From positions 52,142,001 through 52,206,000 of the forward strand of contig OX597828.1 of the NCBI GenBank assembly GCA_951406725.2: DNA of 64,000 bases, in the 5' to 3' direction. Source of the DNA: Octopus vulgaris (lineage: Eukaryota). Numbering within the stretch: the stretch's first letter is position 1; the number at the start of each line of letters is the position of its first letter. Shown here in pieces: positions 26,193 through 40,493 of this stretch. The notes under the pieces are model-generated. The model worked only from the letters and a program-made list of their open reading frames with translations, was not told where the DNA came from and searched no databases. Made by a program: the position numbers and the translations under genes.

Positions 26193-26657
26193 AATCCTTT
26201 GTACTAAAGGCACAAGGCCTGATATTTTTGGTGGGAGGGGACTAGTCGATTACATTGATCATAGTGTTTCACTGGTACTTGATTTATCGACACTGAAGGG
26301 ATAGAAGGCAAAGTCGATCTCGGCGGAATTTGAACTCGGAACGTAAGGACGGACGAAATACCTATTTCTTTACTGCCCACAAGGGGCTAAACACAGAGGG
26401 GACAAGCAAGGACAGACAAACGGATTAAGTCGATTATATCGGCCCCAGTGCGTAACTGGTACTTACTTAATCGACCCAAGAAGGAGGAAAGGCAAATTCG
26501 ACCTCGGCGGAATTTGAACTCAGAACGTAGCGGCAGACGAAATACCTATTTCTTTACTACCCACAAGGGGCTAAACACAGAGAGGACAAACAAGGACAGA
26601 CGAAATACCGCTTAGTGTTTCGTCCGGCGTGCTAACGATTCTGCTAACTCGCCGCCT
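26193..26657 (-). mobile_element. Nested/tandem group C SINE array (3 partial units)
   Basis: Junction GACGAAATACCTATTTCTTTACT occurs twice, 184 bp apart; head ends at 26657. Confidence 0.88.
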
Positions 26658-26761
26658 GACACACTGATAAACATCGATGAAAAGCACATACCAACAAAAG
26701 ATGAAAACACAGAAATAATGATTATGCAACTCTCGTAGTTTTATTACGAAACTTGAGATAC

Positions 26762-27184
26762 AGGCGCGGGAGTGGCTGTGTGGTAAGTAGCTTGCTAACC
26801 AGCCACATGGTTCCGGTTTCAGTCCCACTGCGTGGCATCTTGGGCAAGTGTCTTCTGCTATAGCCTCGGGCCGACCAATGCCTTGTGAGTGGATTTGGTA
26901 GACGGAAACTGAAAGAAGCCCATCGTATATATATATATATATATATATATATGCGTGTGTGTGTTTGTGTATCTGTGTTTGTCCCCTAGCATTGCTTGAC
27001 AACCGATGCTGGTGTGTTTACGTCCCCGTCATTTAGCGGTTCGGCAAAAGAGACCGATAGAATAAGTACTGGGCTTACAAAAGAATAAGTCCCGGGGTCG
27101 AGTTGCTCGATTAAAGGCGGTGCTCCGGCATGGCCGCAGTCAAATGACTGAAACAAGTAAAAGAGTAAAAGAGTAAAAGAGTAA
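26762..27184 (+). mobile_element. Full-length group A SINE with (GTAAAAGA)n tail
   Basis: Close match to 32894-33294. Confidence 0.93.
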
Positions 27185-27705
27185 ATGCATAACTTTTGTT
27201 TCAGTAAATTTTGAAACTAGCGAAGAGTTTAGTAAAATAACTTTGTCACTATTGAGATTGTGCGTCGAACAAATTAACAAGAAATTTCTTATTCAAAAAT
27301 TTTCGAATAGGGAGTTTATTTCATTGGGTCAAGCCTGATCTCAGGCCGGCTCGCCGTTCAACTCGTCATTGAAACATGTACAATAAAAAAAAACAAGCAC
27401 TTTTGTTTTTATTACAGTTATCAATAATCTTATTTACAGCACTTTTGTGACGCGATTTATTCATCACGGATTTGGGGCAAGCGTCAGGCACTCTGCTATT
27501 ACCAAATTGTTGGTCGCAGGTTTTTGACTGAAACGAAAGGCTTGCATTTTACTGTTGAGTACAAAGTATGTCACCTTTAGGTAAGACAACTATTGTTTTA
27601 AGCGGATGTTCTATTTTCTATAATTAATAAAATAATTGTCTATTCTGACGAGTTCACAAGTATAACTACACACACGCGCACACACATACACACAGACACA
27701 CACAG

Positions 27706-27766
<61 letters not shown>

Positions 27767-28728
27767 CATAGACTCACACGCACACATATTATCGACTACA
27801 TATACTTACCATTTGCATTTACCGGTAAGCTGCGATTTGGCTTCGTGGAGAATACCCCTCACAAATCGATGGTTATTTGCACACCTGAGTGTCATGGAAG
27901 GGTGAGATAACTCATCTCAGATCCCATTCAGGTGTGATGGACATCGATGTTTCGCCATTTTTGTTGTTTATCAACATCATTCGATTGGGGTACTTGATGT
28001 TGATAACCTACAAAAATAGCTCCCGTATACCAATTGCACCGATAATTATTGCTGTAGTTCTATAAAAACGCCGTTTAACGGCTTCTTCTCGTGTACATTT
28101 TGAACTACTTTAGTGTATATACAGTCGAGCCATCGAACATTGTATTCAAGAGGCATTTGTGAACAGACATAGATCACACAAGCTCCAGCAGTCTCCTACC
28201 ATTTCATCGGTCTTGAAAACCTGTGTCCATTCTTTCACATCTCATCATTATTTGGAATATGAAATTTTCCACTTTTATTTATTATTATTTTTTTTTTTTT
28301 TGGAAAATAGAACCATTTTAATTTCTTCTCCAGGCAAGAAAGCACTGGCTTTTGTAACATACATTTGCCACTCTTTTCCCTTGCACTGGCTCAAATCGAA
28401 TCACTGTTTTGACGAACAACGATTACCCAGGATGTAAAACTGTTGATATGCTAGTGGTGGTGTCGGAGATATCCGTACTGCATTTCCCACGCAAACTATC
28501 TCATTTAAAGACTATCTTTTGTTCTGTCGTCAATTCTACAAGTGAAAGTATTTAAGCTTGTCGTGTATCTATATTTATCAAGCTCATTTATATTTAACAT
28601 TTCGTTTAAAAATTATTTGGGTACATATTTATTTACATTATTAAAAATACCACCGTAGCGAGCATATGCTTCTATGTCAAATATGTAAAAATATAAAACA
28701 CCTACAAACAAACCTATTCAACCACAAG

Positions 28729-29258
28729 GAATCTGTGGGCAAACTGGTGGAACCGTATGGCATATTACCAGCCAATGTACCCCACCTGCCCAGGAGGAAT
28801 ATAAGAGACGCTACGAAAATATCGCAAGCCTCGTCCATTGGACACTTTGCAACAAGTATGGACTTGACAGAGCTAAAAATTGGTTTGACCACAAACCTGA
28901 AGGCATCTTCGAAAATAATAATGCAAAGATCCTATGGAATTTTATGATTCAGTGCGACCATTTGATAGAGAATAGGAAGACAGACATAGTCTTAATTGGG
29001 AAAAAAAGCAAACAATGCTGGATTATAGATATAGCATGCCCAGCTGACAACAAGGTATGCAAAAAGGAAGAAAGAAAAGTCGAGAGATATGACAGGTTAG
29101 CTTGGGAAGTTAAGCAGTTGTGGTCGATGAAAAATGTGGTAGTTGTCGGAGCCCTGGGAACAGTGAGTAAAAATCTTGAGAAGTAAATGCAACAAATAAG
29201 GGCTACAATAAGGGTGGAGCACTTGCAGAAAACAGCACTGCTTGGAATCGCTCGAATA
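28729..29258 (+). pseudogene. R4/Dong-like non-LTR retrotransposon fragment (zinc knuckle and RLE endonuclease)
   Basis: Peptides ICGQ..HITSQC, ILWNFMIQCDHLIENRKTDIVLI..CWIIDIACP, VVVGALG, HLQKTALLGIAR; PD-(D/E)xK-type RLE region; stops present. Confidence 0.9.
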
Positions 29259-29260
29259 GC

Positions 29261-29388
<128 letters not shown>

Positions 29389-29390
29389 TA

Positions 29391-30160
29391 AAGATGGCTG
29401 TGGATGACTAAAAGGGATTTAAAACCGGAAACGGAGGTTCTAATCTGTGCTGCCCAAGAGCAAGCACTAAGAACAAACTACATAAAATATAGAATAGACA
29501 GCACATCAGAAAGTGATAAGTGCAGAATCTGTGGAGAAAACGGCGAAATCGTATGGCTTAATACCTGCCAATGTACGCCACTAGCCCAGAAGGAATAGAA
29601 GAGACGTCACGACAATATAGCAAGGCTTGTCCATTGGACACTTTGCAACAAGTATGGACTCGACAGAGAAAAAAATTGGTACGACCACAAACCTAAAGGC
29701 ATTGTCGAAAATAGAAATGCAAAGATCCTATGGGATTTTATGATTCAGTGCGAGCATGAGATTGAGAATAGGAAGCCAGATATAGTCTTAATTGAGAAAA
29801 GAAAACAAACGATGCTGGATCATAGATATAGCATGCCCCAAAATGTATGCGAAAAGGAAGAAGGAGAAGTCGATAGATATGACAGGTTAGCTCGGGAAGT
29901 TAAGCAGTTGTGGTCGATGAAAAAGTGATAGTAGTACCAATAACTGTCGGAGCCCTGGGAAGAGAGAGCAAAAGTCTTGAGAAGTACATAGAACAAACAG
30001 GGGCTGCAATAACAGTGGAGCACATGCAGAAAACAGCACTGCTTGGAACCGCTCGAATACTCCGGAAGGTGCTCGAAAAATACGAGGTGTTACCTTAGTT
30101 CACTGGTAGTAAACAGCTGACACTGTAGTACATCACCAGCGTTAGAAGCTGTACGAAGGC
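29391..30160 (+). pseudogene. Second R4/Dong-like fragment with retained 3' end
   Basis: LKPETEVLICAAQEQALRT..CRICGE..RHDNIARLVHWTLC..RKPDIVLI..GALG..QKTALLGTARILRKVL, short 3' UTR, then (AAT)n. Confidence 0.93.
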
Positions 30161-30226
30161 AATAAATAATAATAATAATAATAAGTACAACAACAACAAC
30201 AACAACAACAATAATAATAATAATAA

Positions 30227-30258
<32 letters not shown>

Positions 30259-30275
30259 TGATGATGATGATGATA

Positions 30276-30310
<35 letters not shown>

Positions 30311-30438
30311 AATGATGATGATGATGATGATGTTGATGCTGCTGCTGCTGATGATGATGATGGTGGTGGTGGTGGTGGTGGTGGTGGTGGTTGTGGTGGT
30401 GGTGGTGGTGGTGGTGGTGGTGAGGATGATGGTGATGT

Positions 30439-30469
<31 letters not shown>

Positions 30470-30542
30470 AAGGAGGAGGAGGATGATAGTGATGATGATG
30501 ATAATAATATTAATAATAATAACAACAATAATGATAATAATA
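30161..30542. repeat. Compound trinucleotide microsatellite (AAT)(AAC)(GAT)(GGT)
   Basis: Direct. Confidence 0.96.
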
Positions 30543-30985
30543 AAAGCCTTTTGCTGCATGTAAAATGTAAAGGCGTGAAATCTTGGGGAGTTATACAGTG
30601 AAGTATTCCATCGACTCCAGTGCAGGAAAGATAACTACTATTCCTTTAAAAATAAAACAAACGAAATGATAACAACAACAACAACTACTGCAACACCGAC
30701 TAATAGTTGTACTACTTTACAACTGGAAGACCAACAAAAATAACAAGAACAACAATGGCGATCATAAAGATTATGCCGATGATGGTGATGATTGTGGTGG
30801 CAACGATGACAACGACGACAAGGAAGGCGACTGTGACAATCGAATGATGACGAAGATTGTAATGATGCTGATGATGATGATGATGATTTTGATTTCGTAA
30901 AGTAAAAATTCTGCACAGCTTTGCGTTCTTTCTTATCTCACCGATATATGTGTGTATGTTTTGTGCGTGTATGGGCGTGTGCATG

Positions 30986-31046
<61 letters not shown>

Positions 31047-31136
31047 TGATATATATATATACATATATATATATTAATGTATATATAGATATATACATAC
31101 GTATGTGTATATATATTTATATATACATATATACAC

Positions 31137-31203
<67 letters not shown>

Positions 31204-31434
31204 TGTATGTATATGTATATAGATACATACGGGGAGGAAGAGATGCATACATACATACATACATTTATATATACAACATACATATCTATATATGTGCGCA
31301 TATATGAAAATTGTAAGAGAGGGAAAGAGAAGAAGAAAGACAAGGAGAGTGAGAGAGAGAGAAAGAGAAAGATAGGGAGAGAGAGAGGGCGAAAGAGAGA
31401 GTGAACGTGAGTATGAAACAGAAAGATAGAGAGT

Positions 31435-31472
<38 letters not shown>

Positions 31473-32194
31473 AAGGGGGAGAGAATAAATGACATAGAAA
31501 AAGATCTGACAAACTTTACAAACACTTGACAGAAAGGTTTCTGTGGAAACGGCACTTCTCTTAATCTCTGAACATACTTCCATTGAGTAGCTTTCCTTGT
31601 TTTCTCAACCCTACATGTTTCTTTATTTTCTTCTTTATTCGTTTAGTTATCTGTTTGTTTATGTTTTGGTGAGTTTGTTGATTGATTTGATTGTTTCAAA
31701 ATGTCCTCTTTTGTAGCACTTTCCATCCATCTGCTGTCGTCCTCGTTATTCCTGTTCGACAAAGCTACTCTGTTATTCCCAAGTTATGATCCTTTTCTGT
31801 TTCTGACAACGTATCTGTAGTAAGGTTGTGAGTAGATGCGTGCACGGGTATAAGCACGGATACGAATGCATCTCTATATGTATGTATGTGTGTATGTATG
31901 TATGTATGTATGTATGTATGTATGTATGTATGTATGTATGTATGTATGTGTGTGTGTATGTATGTATGTATGTATGTATGTGTGTGTGTATGTATGTATG
32001 TATGTATGTGTGTGTGTGTGTGTGTAGGTGTGCATGTATGCATGTATGCATGTATGCATGTATGTATGTATGCATGCATGTGTGTCTGCGTGTATATATA
32101 TGTTTTATATGCATGCATGTTTATAATTAAACATAAATACATCGTAATATCTAGCTTAATGCCTACCTATCAACCGAACAAAATAAATCTTTAC

Positions 32195-32244
<50 letters not shown>

Positions 32245-32389
32245 ATATACATATACATATATATACATACATATATCTATATATACGTGAATATATATGT
32301 GTGTATGTGTGTATAAACATACATGCGTAAATACATACGTACATGTATATAAATGTGTGTGGGTGTATGTCCATATATATATATATGTG

Positions 32390-32480
<91 letters not shown>

Positions 32481-32893
32481 GTGTGTTTTATAACGTGCGT
32501 GTCTCTATAGTGTTAGCAAGTGAGAGTGTCTATGTATGAACATACTATATATGTGTGTGTGTGTGCGCGTGTGTATGTGTATGTGTATGTGTATGTGCGT
32601 GCGTGCGTGTGTGTGCGCCTGAGAGAGATGACGTGACAGACGTTAACTGAGGCCATACGTTATCTTTTCTTGTTTTTACTATAAAATTGTCAGTGGTGAT
32701 GAAATATGTTGAAAGTTTGATGATCCTGTTGATATGCTGAAGAACATTGCAGATGATGCTCCCATCCTCTCTTTCTTTCTCACCTTATGTGTGTGTGCGT
32801 ATGTGTGTGTGTGTGTGTGTATGTGTGTGTGCGTGCGCGCGTGTGTGTGTGTGTAATATATAAAGACAGCAGACTCGAGCTTTATATATATAT

Positions 32894-33294
32894 AGGCGCA
32901 GGAGTGGCTGTGTGGTAAGTAGCTTGCTAACTAACCACATGATTCTGGGTTCAGTCCCACTGCGTGGCATCTTGGGCAAGTGTCTTCTGCTATAACCCCG
33001 GGCCGACCAATGCTTTGTGAGTGGATTTGGTAGACGGAAACTGAAAGAAGCCCGTCGTATATATGTATGTGTATGTATATGTTTGTGTGTCTGTGTTTGT
33101 CCCTCTAGCATTGCTTGACAACCGATGCTGGTGTGTTTACGTCCCCGTCACTTAGCGGCTCGGCAAAAGAGACCGATAGAATAAGTACTGGGCTTACAAA
33201 GAATAAGTCCCGGGGTCGAGTTGCTCGATTAAAAAGGCGGTGCTCCAGCATGGCCGCAGTCAAATGACTGAAACAAGTAAAAGAGTAAAAGAGT
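32894..33294 (+). mobile_element. Full-length group A SINE
   Basis: AGGCGCAGGAGTGGCTGTGTGGTAAG head through GTAAAAGA repeats. Confidence 0.93.
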
Positions 33295-33317
33295 ACGTCT
33301 TGTCCCGTCATGTAATT

Positions 33318-33468
33318 TATCTATCTATCCATCTATCTACCTACCTACATACATACCTATATACCTACGTACATATACCTACATAACTACCTGCCTACCA
33401 GCCTACTTACCTATCTATCTATCATCTATCAATCTATCTATCTATCTGTCTGTGTGTCTATCTGTCTG

Positions 33469-33555
<87 letters not shown>

Positions 33556-34008
33556 GTCAGTCTGTCTGTTTGTTTCTCTGTTTGTCCGTCCGTCTGTCTG
33601 TTTGTCTGTGTGTCTGTGTGTCTGTCATTGTATGTCTGTATGTACTCATGTATGTATATACGTATCTATCTATACATCTATCCATCTATCTATCCATCTA
33701 TCTATCTATCTATCTATCTACCTACCTACATACATACATACCTATATACCTATCTACCTACCTATATACTTACCTACCTATATACCTACCTACCTATCTA
33801 CTTATATATCTACCTACCAGCCTACTTATCTATCTATCTATTTGTCTGTCTGTCTATGTGTCTGTCATAGTATATTTTTTTGTATGTACGCATGTGCATG
33901 CATGTATGTATGTATGTATGTATGTATGTATGTATGTATGTATGTATGTATGTATGTATGTATGCATCTATCTATCAGTTTGTCTGTCTGTCATTGTATA
34001 TACTCATG

Positions 34009-34085
<77 letters not shown>

Positions 34086-34210
34086 GTCTATCTATCTGTC
34101 TGTCTGTCTATCTGTCTGTCTATCTATCTGTCTATCTATCTATCTACCTATCTATCTACCTATCTCTGTCTATCTATCTATCTATGTCTATCTGTCTGTC
34201 TGTCTACATA
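33318..34210. repeat. Compound tetranucleotide tract (TCTA/TACC/TCTG/TATG)
   Basis: Direct; source of the 314-aa pseudo-ORF. Confidence 0.95.
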
Positions 34211-34854
34211 TCCATCAATACTTTTTCTTTTTCTTTTTTCTTGTATTCGTATCCCCTAATTTCTCTCTCTCTCTCTCCTTCACGTTTCCCATTTCTTTCA
34301 TCACTCTCATCGCTTACTTCCTCCGTCTCTGTCCTTGTATTTATCTCCCCCTCTCTCTCACTCACTCACTCACTCACTCTCTCACTCACTCTCTGACTCT
34401 CTACTCTCCTCTATCACGCTCTTTCCCCCCTTACTCTCATACACGCTCATCATTTATCGATCAATATGTCATTTTATCCGTAAACCTATTCATGTATTCA
34501 TCTATTTAATTATTTATTCCACCATTCTTCCTCACTAAACCACCACCTGTCCACCATCAAACCCACCCTACACTATCTTAATCTTGGAAATACCATCTTC
34601 AAAGTTCCCGTTCCTTCTTCTTGCTCTACTTTCTCTTTCAATTTTTTCTTCGAGCTAAACATACCTATCAATGCCTGTCTCCTCTTCTCTCTCTCTCTCA
34701 TTCTTTGTTTCTCTCTGTCTCATACATATATACATACATATATACACATGCATATATATATATTTATATATATGTATATTGTACATGTATATATGTATAT
34801 AATATACATATATATATATATGTATACATATATACATATATATATCTATATATG

Positions 34855-34897
<43 letters not shown>

Positions 34898-34922
34898 CAT
34901 GTATACATATATAGATCCACAG

Positions 34923-34975
<53 letters not shown>

Positions 34976-35197
34976 CATACATACATCTTTAAATGTACAT
35001 GAATGTGTGTGTGTGTGTGGAGGGGTGTTTGTGTATATTATGTATGTATCTATATTATGTACATATGCATGTATATTCTCACTTTGTAGATATCATCTTC
35101 GGACGAGGCAACATCCTGTAAGCAAAACTCTGTCATTCTACCCGTCAGCCAACCGTCACAACACTGCCTGGGGTTAATCTAGAGTTTCTTTAAATGT

Positions 35198-35304
35198 CTT
35201 CTTCTTCTTCTTCTTCTTCTTCTTCTTCTTCTTCTTCTTCTTCTTCTTCTTCTTCTTCTTCTTTTTCTTTTTCTTCTTCTTCTTCTACTTCTTCTTTTTC
35301 TTCA

Positions 35305-35341
<37 letters not shown>
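35198..35341. repeat. (CTT)n microsatellite
   Basis: Direct. Confidence 0.97.
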
Positions 35342-35343
<2 letters not shown>

Positions 35344-35443
35344 CGTTGTTACTGCTGTTAAGCTCTTCTACCTCCTCGTTGTCGCTGTCGTCATCATCGT
35401 CGTTGTCATCGATGTTGACAGCACCACCCACCCACCCACCACC

Positions 35444-35477
<34 letters not shown>

Positions 35478-35860
35478 ACATAGGACTTGAATTTTGTGAA
35501 TGCCTCAGGAAATGGTAAGCGATAAAGAACGTTTTGTCAGTGTTGACGGATTGTGTCGGATTAAGGTTTAAGAGGAGAGAACGAGAGAGAGAGAGAATGT
35601 GTGTGAGTGAGTGAGTGAATGAGGGAGGGAGAAGGAGAGAGAGAGAGAGAGAGAGAGTAGAGATTGGAGAAAGTTGGGTTATGGCAAGATGAAGGTTAAT
35701 CCGGAGATTCGGTCGAAAGAAAATGAAATGTTGAAAGAAGCAGCCATAACAACAATATCAACAACAATAACAACTATTATTATTATTATTATTATTATTA
35801 TTATGGTGATGATGATCATGGTCATGATGATGGTGGTGGTGGTAGAAGTAGTAGTAGTAA

Positions 35861-35919
<59 letters not shown>

Positions 35920-36109
35920 ATGGAGAGAAAGAAAGTGGAAAAACCAAAGCCAAAGATAAAATATTCAGACGTTCAGAGATACACAGGCATTCACCGTACA
36001 ATATATTATGTTTTTAATATTTCTCTTTCGTTGTTTATAAAAATGTGCGTGGGGTGAGGCCTACTCAAGAACACCCGTTACCCGCAGCAGAAGTGTTAGG
36101 ACCCATCCT

Positions 36110-36350
36110 TCTGGTGGTGCAAAGCACTCGTGGAGGTGCCACGTAAAATCGCCCGTGCGGTGCCACATGAAAGCGCTCGTGCCCTACAACGTAAAAGTGC
36201 CCAGCACACTCTGTAATCTGGTTGACGTTAAGAAGGGTATCCAGCCGTAGGAACCATGCCAAATCAGACTGGTGTTTGGTGCAGAACCCCAGCTTGCCAG
36301 CTCTTGTCACACCTTCCAACCCATGCTATCATGGATAACGGACGTTAAAT
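36110..36350 (+). mobile_element. 3' part of a retroposon with internal ~24-bp repeats and (GAT)n tail
   Basis: Degenerate GGTGCCACGTAAAA units, AAGGGTATCCAGCCGTAG, end CATGGATAACGGACGTTAAATGATGAT. Confidence 0.6.
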
Positions 36351-36433
36351 GATGATTATGATGATGATGATGATAATGATCATAATCATGATGATATTAT
36401 ATATGTGGGTGTGTGTTTGTGTATGTGTGTATG

Positions 36434-36479
<46 letters not shown>

Positions 36480-36484
36480 TACAT

Positions 36485-36533
<49 letters not shown>

Positions 36534-36820
36534 TATATATAATATATATAATATGTATATATATATATATATATATACATATAATATCAGGGTAATAAAA
36601 GTTATAGAAATTTTTACTACCAGTGGCCTAGCGTACAAAAAAATTAGTCAAATAACTAGATATTATTCATATAAAATACAGTGTACGTAAAATACAGTGT
36701 TTGGGAACCATGGTGATTTTTATATATGATTAAATTTTTGAGAGGTGGTGTTGCATATAAAGTCGTTGACCTAAATTCAAAGTTTGCTTCTTTATGTGTA
36801 TATATGTGTATTATGTATAC

Positions 36821-36892
<72 letters not shown>

Positions 36893-36895
<3 letters not shown>

Positions 36896-37211
36896 AAATA
36901 TGGGAGTTTAGTTCACGGGTGATCTAAACGATTAGAGACGCTAGGTAAGTGCTGTAACTTTTACTAGGGTCCCAATGTTGATCTGTGAACTTTTATGCTT
37001 CCTTTTCCTTCTCTTCCTTCATCTCCTTATTTCTTTACACCTATCCTCTATGTCGCAATTTTATTAATCTATGCCCTTCTCATTTTCCCCGTGTGTATCC
37101 GATGACGGAATACCCCATACCCTGAGATTTTCCAGGAACAGCTGTAAGGGTTTGAATTTTTTCCAATAATAATAATGTATATGACTTGAGATGTTTGCCT
37201 TGCCTTCACTT
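36893..37211 (+). mobile_element. (TA)n-flanked cassette with degenerate hammerhead
   Basis: CCGATGA-c-GGAA...TTCC-a-GGAAC-AGCT-GTA at 37099-37146. Confidence 0.45.
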
Positions 37212-37229
37212 TGCTGTCATCTTTAGCAA

Positions 37230-37301
<72 letters not shown>

Positions 37302-37310
37302 TTATATAAG

Positions 37311-37361
<51 letters not shown>

Positions 37362-37364
37362 ATT

Positions 37365-37403
<39 letters not shown>

Positions 37404-37685
37404 CAACAATTGAGGGTAAAATTAATTAATTATTAATCAATTTCACCAAGTGTTCAGTATGCAAAGGGACCATTTAAGGCGAATTCAAATTATTACATTA
37501 TATAAAAGGGCTTAGTAAAATAAATTACTTTGCCGCATACTGAACTCATTAGAAATAGCAGCTAAGAAACTTTTTTAAAGCTATTTCTAATACTTAAAGA
37601 AAATCTCTCTCGTATAGTGTTTGCTTAACTCAACTCACAAAAGTTTGGGGGTAAGGACATCAAAAAATCAAATGCAAAGGTTATT

Positions 37686-37737
37686 TGAGAACGTACGTTT
37701 CAAGATTAGTCAAAACGACATTTCTATCATCAGCTCA
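37686..37737 (-). ncRNA. Minimal type I hammerhead ribozyme motif
   Basis: Reverse complement of the motif at 38244-38295. Confidence 0.68.
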
Positions 37738-38243
37738 GAAACTCCTTGGTTTGGATTTGAAAACACTGAAAGTAAGAACATACCCTTTCGGCTTCTCATC
37801 GCTTTCGAAGATCTGTTCGTAACTAACAGTGCCAACAAACTCAAATAAGCAAGCGAAGAATTTCTGTTCTCCCCTTTCCACCAGCGTGGGTTAAAATCAT
37901 CAAACACTATGCTTATTTCGGTAAAATCCGAAGCATTAATTAGAGGGAGATTAATTATAATTTCAACAATTGAGGGTAAAATTAATTAATTATTAATCAA
38001 TTTCACCAAGTGTTCAGTATGCAAAGGGACCATTTAAGGCGAATTCAAATTATTACATTATATAAAAGGGCTTAGTAAAATAAATTACTTTGCCGCATAC
38101 TGAACTCATTAGAAATAGCAGCTAAAAAACTTTTTTAAAGCTATTTCTAATACTTAAAGAAAATCTCTCTCTTCGAAAGCGATGAGAAGCCGAAAGGGTA
38201 TGTTCTTACTTTCAGTGTTTTCAAATCCAAACCAAGGAGTTTC

Positions 38244-38295
38244 TGAGCTGATGATAGAAATGTCGTTTTGACTAATCTTGAAACGTACGTTCTCA
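38244..38295 (+). ncRNA. Minimal type I hammerhead ribozyme motif
   Basis: TGAG-CTGATGA-[t AGA aat GTC gtttt GAC taa TCT t]-GAAA-C-GTAC-G-TT-CTCA: intact core, helix I TGAG/CTCA, palindromic loop III, GUU cleavage triplet; helix II is imperfect. Confidence 0.7.
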
Positions 38296-38803
38296 AATAA
38301 CCTTTGCATTTGATTTTTTGATGTCCTTATCCCCAAACTTTTGTGAGTTGAGTTAAGCAAACACTATACGAGAGAGATTTTCTTTAAGTATTAGAAATAG
38401 CTTTAAAAAAGTTTTTTAGCTGCTATTTCTAATGAGTTCAGTATGCGGCAAAGTAATTTATTTTACTAAGCCCTTTTATATAATGTAATAATTTGAATTC
38501 GCCTTAAATGGTCCCTTTGCATACTGAACACTTGGTGAAATTGATTAATAATTAATTAATTTTACCCTCAATTGTTGAAATTATAATTAATCTCCCTCTA
38601 ATTAATGCTTCGGATTTTACCGAAATAAGCATAGTGTTTGATGATTTTAACCCACGCTGGTGGAAAGGGGAGAACAGAAATTCTTCGCTTGCGTATTTGA
38701 GTTTGTTGGCACTGTTAGTTACGAACAGATCTTCGAAAGCGATGAGAAGCCGAAAGGGTATGTTCTTACTTTCAGTGTTTTCAAATCCAAACCAAGGAGT
38801 TTC

Positions 38804-38855
38804 TGAGCTGATGATAGAAATGTCGTTTTGACTAATCTTGAAACGTACGTTCTCA
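38804..38855 (+). ncRNA. Minimal type I hammerhead ribozyme motif (second tandem copy)
   Basis: Same motif exactly 560 nt downstream. Confidence 0.7.
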
Positions 38856-39035
38856 AATAACCTTTGCATTTGATTTTTTGATGTCCTTACCCCCAAACTT
38901 TTGTGAGTTGAGTTAAGCAAACACTATACGAGAAGATTTTCTTTAAGTATTAGAAATAGCTTTAAAAAAGTTTTTTAGCTGCTATTTCTAATGAGTTCAG
39001 TATGCGGCAAAGTAATTTATTTTACTAAGCCCTTT

Positions 39036-39116
<81 letters not shown>

Positions 39117-39370
39117 AATGAGATAGGGGTTGTAAATTCAAACCTCCATGGGATAACATATAAATGAGACATACCTGTCTTCACGGCCGAAACAGCAGTC
39201 AGATATGATGTAATTGTATTTTATATTTCTATTTCCATGTCTAGTTATATTTGCAATATATTATGTATAATGTCATTGCTGTTATGTAATGGTGTAATAA
39301 AGTATTGATTGGGTATTATCTGATGGTTGATGATTGATTGATTTAAGTATGTTTCTCTATTTTCTCATTT

Positions 39371-39454
<84 letters not shown>

Positions 39455-40085
39455 CATATTAAGCAACAGGATATCACGTAGTTATGCAGTACGACCGTTC
39501 CAAGCGCTCCATTTAATTGAACAAAAGAATCATTACATCAACTTAAATACAGTGCCATCTTTAGCTGCACAAATAAATCAATAGAATTTTAACAAGTAGG
39601 ACACAAAATAATTTTTCTCAAATATCTTAACAGAGCAAGAAGATGGAAGAGATTTATGTTGTCGCTCTTGTAGCTAAGAATAGACTACACGTCCAAGAAT
39701 CGCATAAAGCCTAGTGGGGTCAGTGTTGTAAGGGATTGTAATTCATTTCTAATTAATTTATCACTTTCTCAAGTACTAAATCTAAGACTAGAAGACTGTG
39801 TCTATTTTGAATAGAGGACAAGAGTTGACAGCTCATGTCTAGGTATGGTCATGAATATTATCGTAAGTATCCCTTTTCCTCAGGGAGGAAATAAGACATC
39901 AGGAGTAGTCAGCTGGATATAAGTAACTGTCTACAAAAAGAGGCAGGGTAGGGGTAGACTTTAAATCGTAATGTTAATTACCAGTTAAAGGGGCAAGACG
40001 CTAAGAAACCTAAGATATTAATACAGAGAAAATTTTATTTTGGAGGCACTATGGGTGATTGTATATAAATGATATTGTTATTATA

Positions 40086-40150
<65 letters not shown>

Positions 40151-40156
40151 TGGTAT

Positions 40157-40493
40157 TGGTACTGAACTTCTCATCCAACAACCTCGGGACCGGAGGAGGT
40201 CCGGAACTCTGGATTTTCCGGATTTCTGAACACAGGTTAAATATATACCGAAAATATAACATAAGCAACATAAAGTATAGAACAAAACTGTATAACGTAT
40301 ACAAATTAATACATTTTTAAAGCAGTCACGCAGAACCTGGCGTCGTGTGACGCATGCGCCGCGGAAACGAAAACAAACGGCTGTGTGACGAAATACTACA
40401 GCCTGCGAAGTTCAAAGTTTGTCAATTTCAAACATAGCCAGATTTTTGGTAATTACGGATTCCTGGATTTCGGATAAGAGTTTCGGTACCTGT
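40157..40493. mobile_element. MITE with imperfect TIRs (Tc1/pogo-like)
   Basis: GGTACTGAACTTCTCATCC versus GGATAAGAGTTTCGGTACCTGTA; subterminal GGATTT/CCGG repeats. Confidence 0.55.

Larger units (their letters stand above)
37401..39042. mobile_element. 560-bp unit in tandem and inverted array (Penelope pLTR / retrozyme-like), embedded in (TA)n
   Basis: 37401 recurs at 37961; orientation flips at 38170/38171; 38171 recurs at 38731; only a few differences between copies. Confidence 0.9.

Noticed and set aside
38552-38920. 122-aa ORF in the 560-bp unit
   Set aside because: Non-ATG start, antisense to the ribozyme, no recognisable motif, and the forward copy has a stop at 37846-37848.
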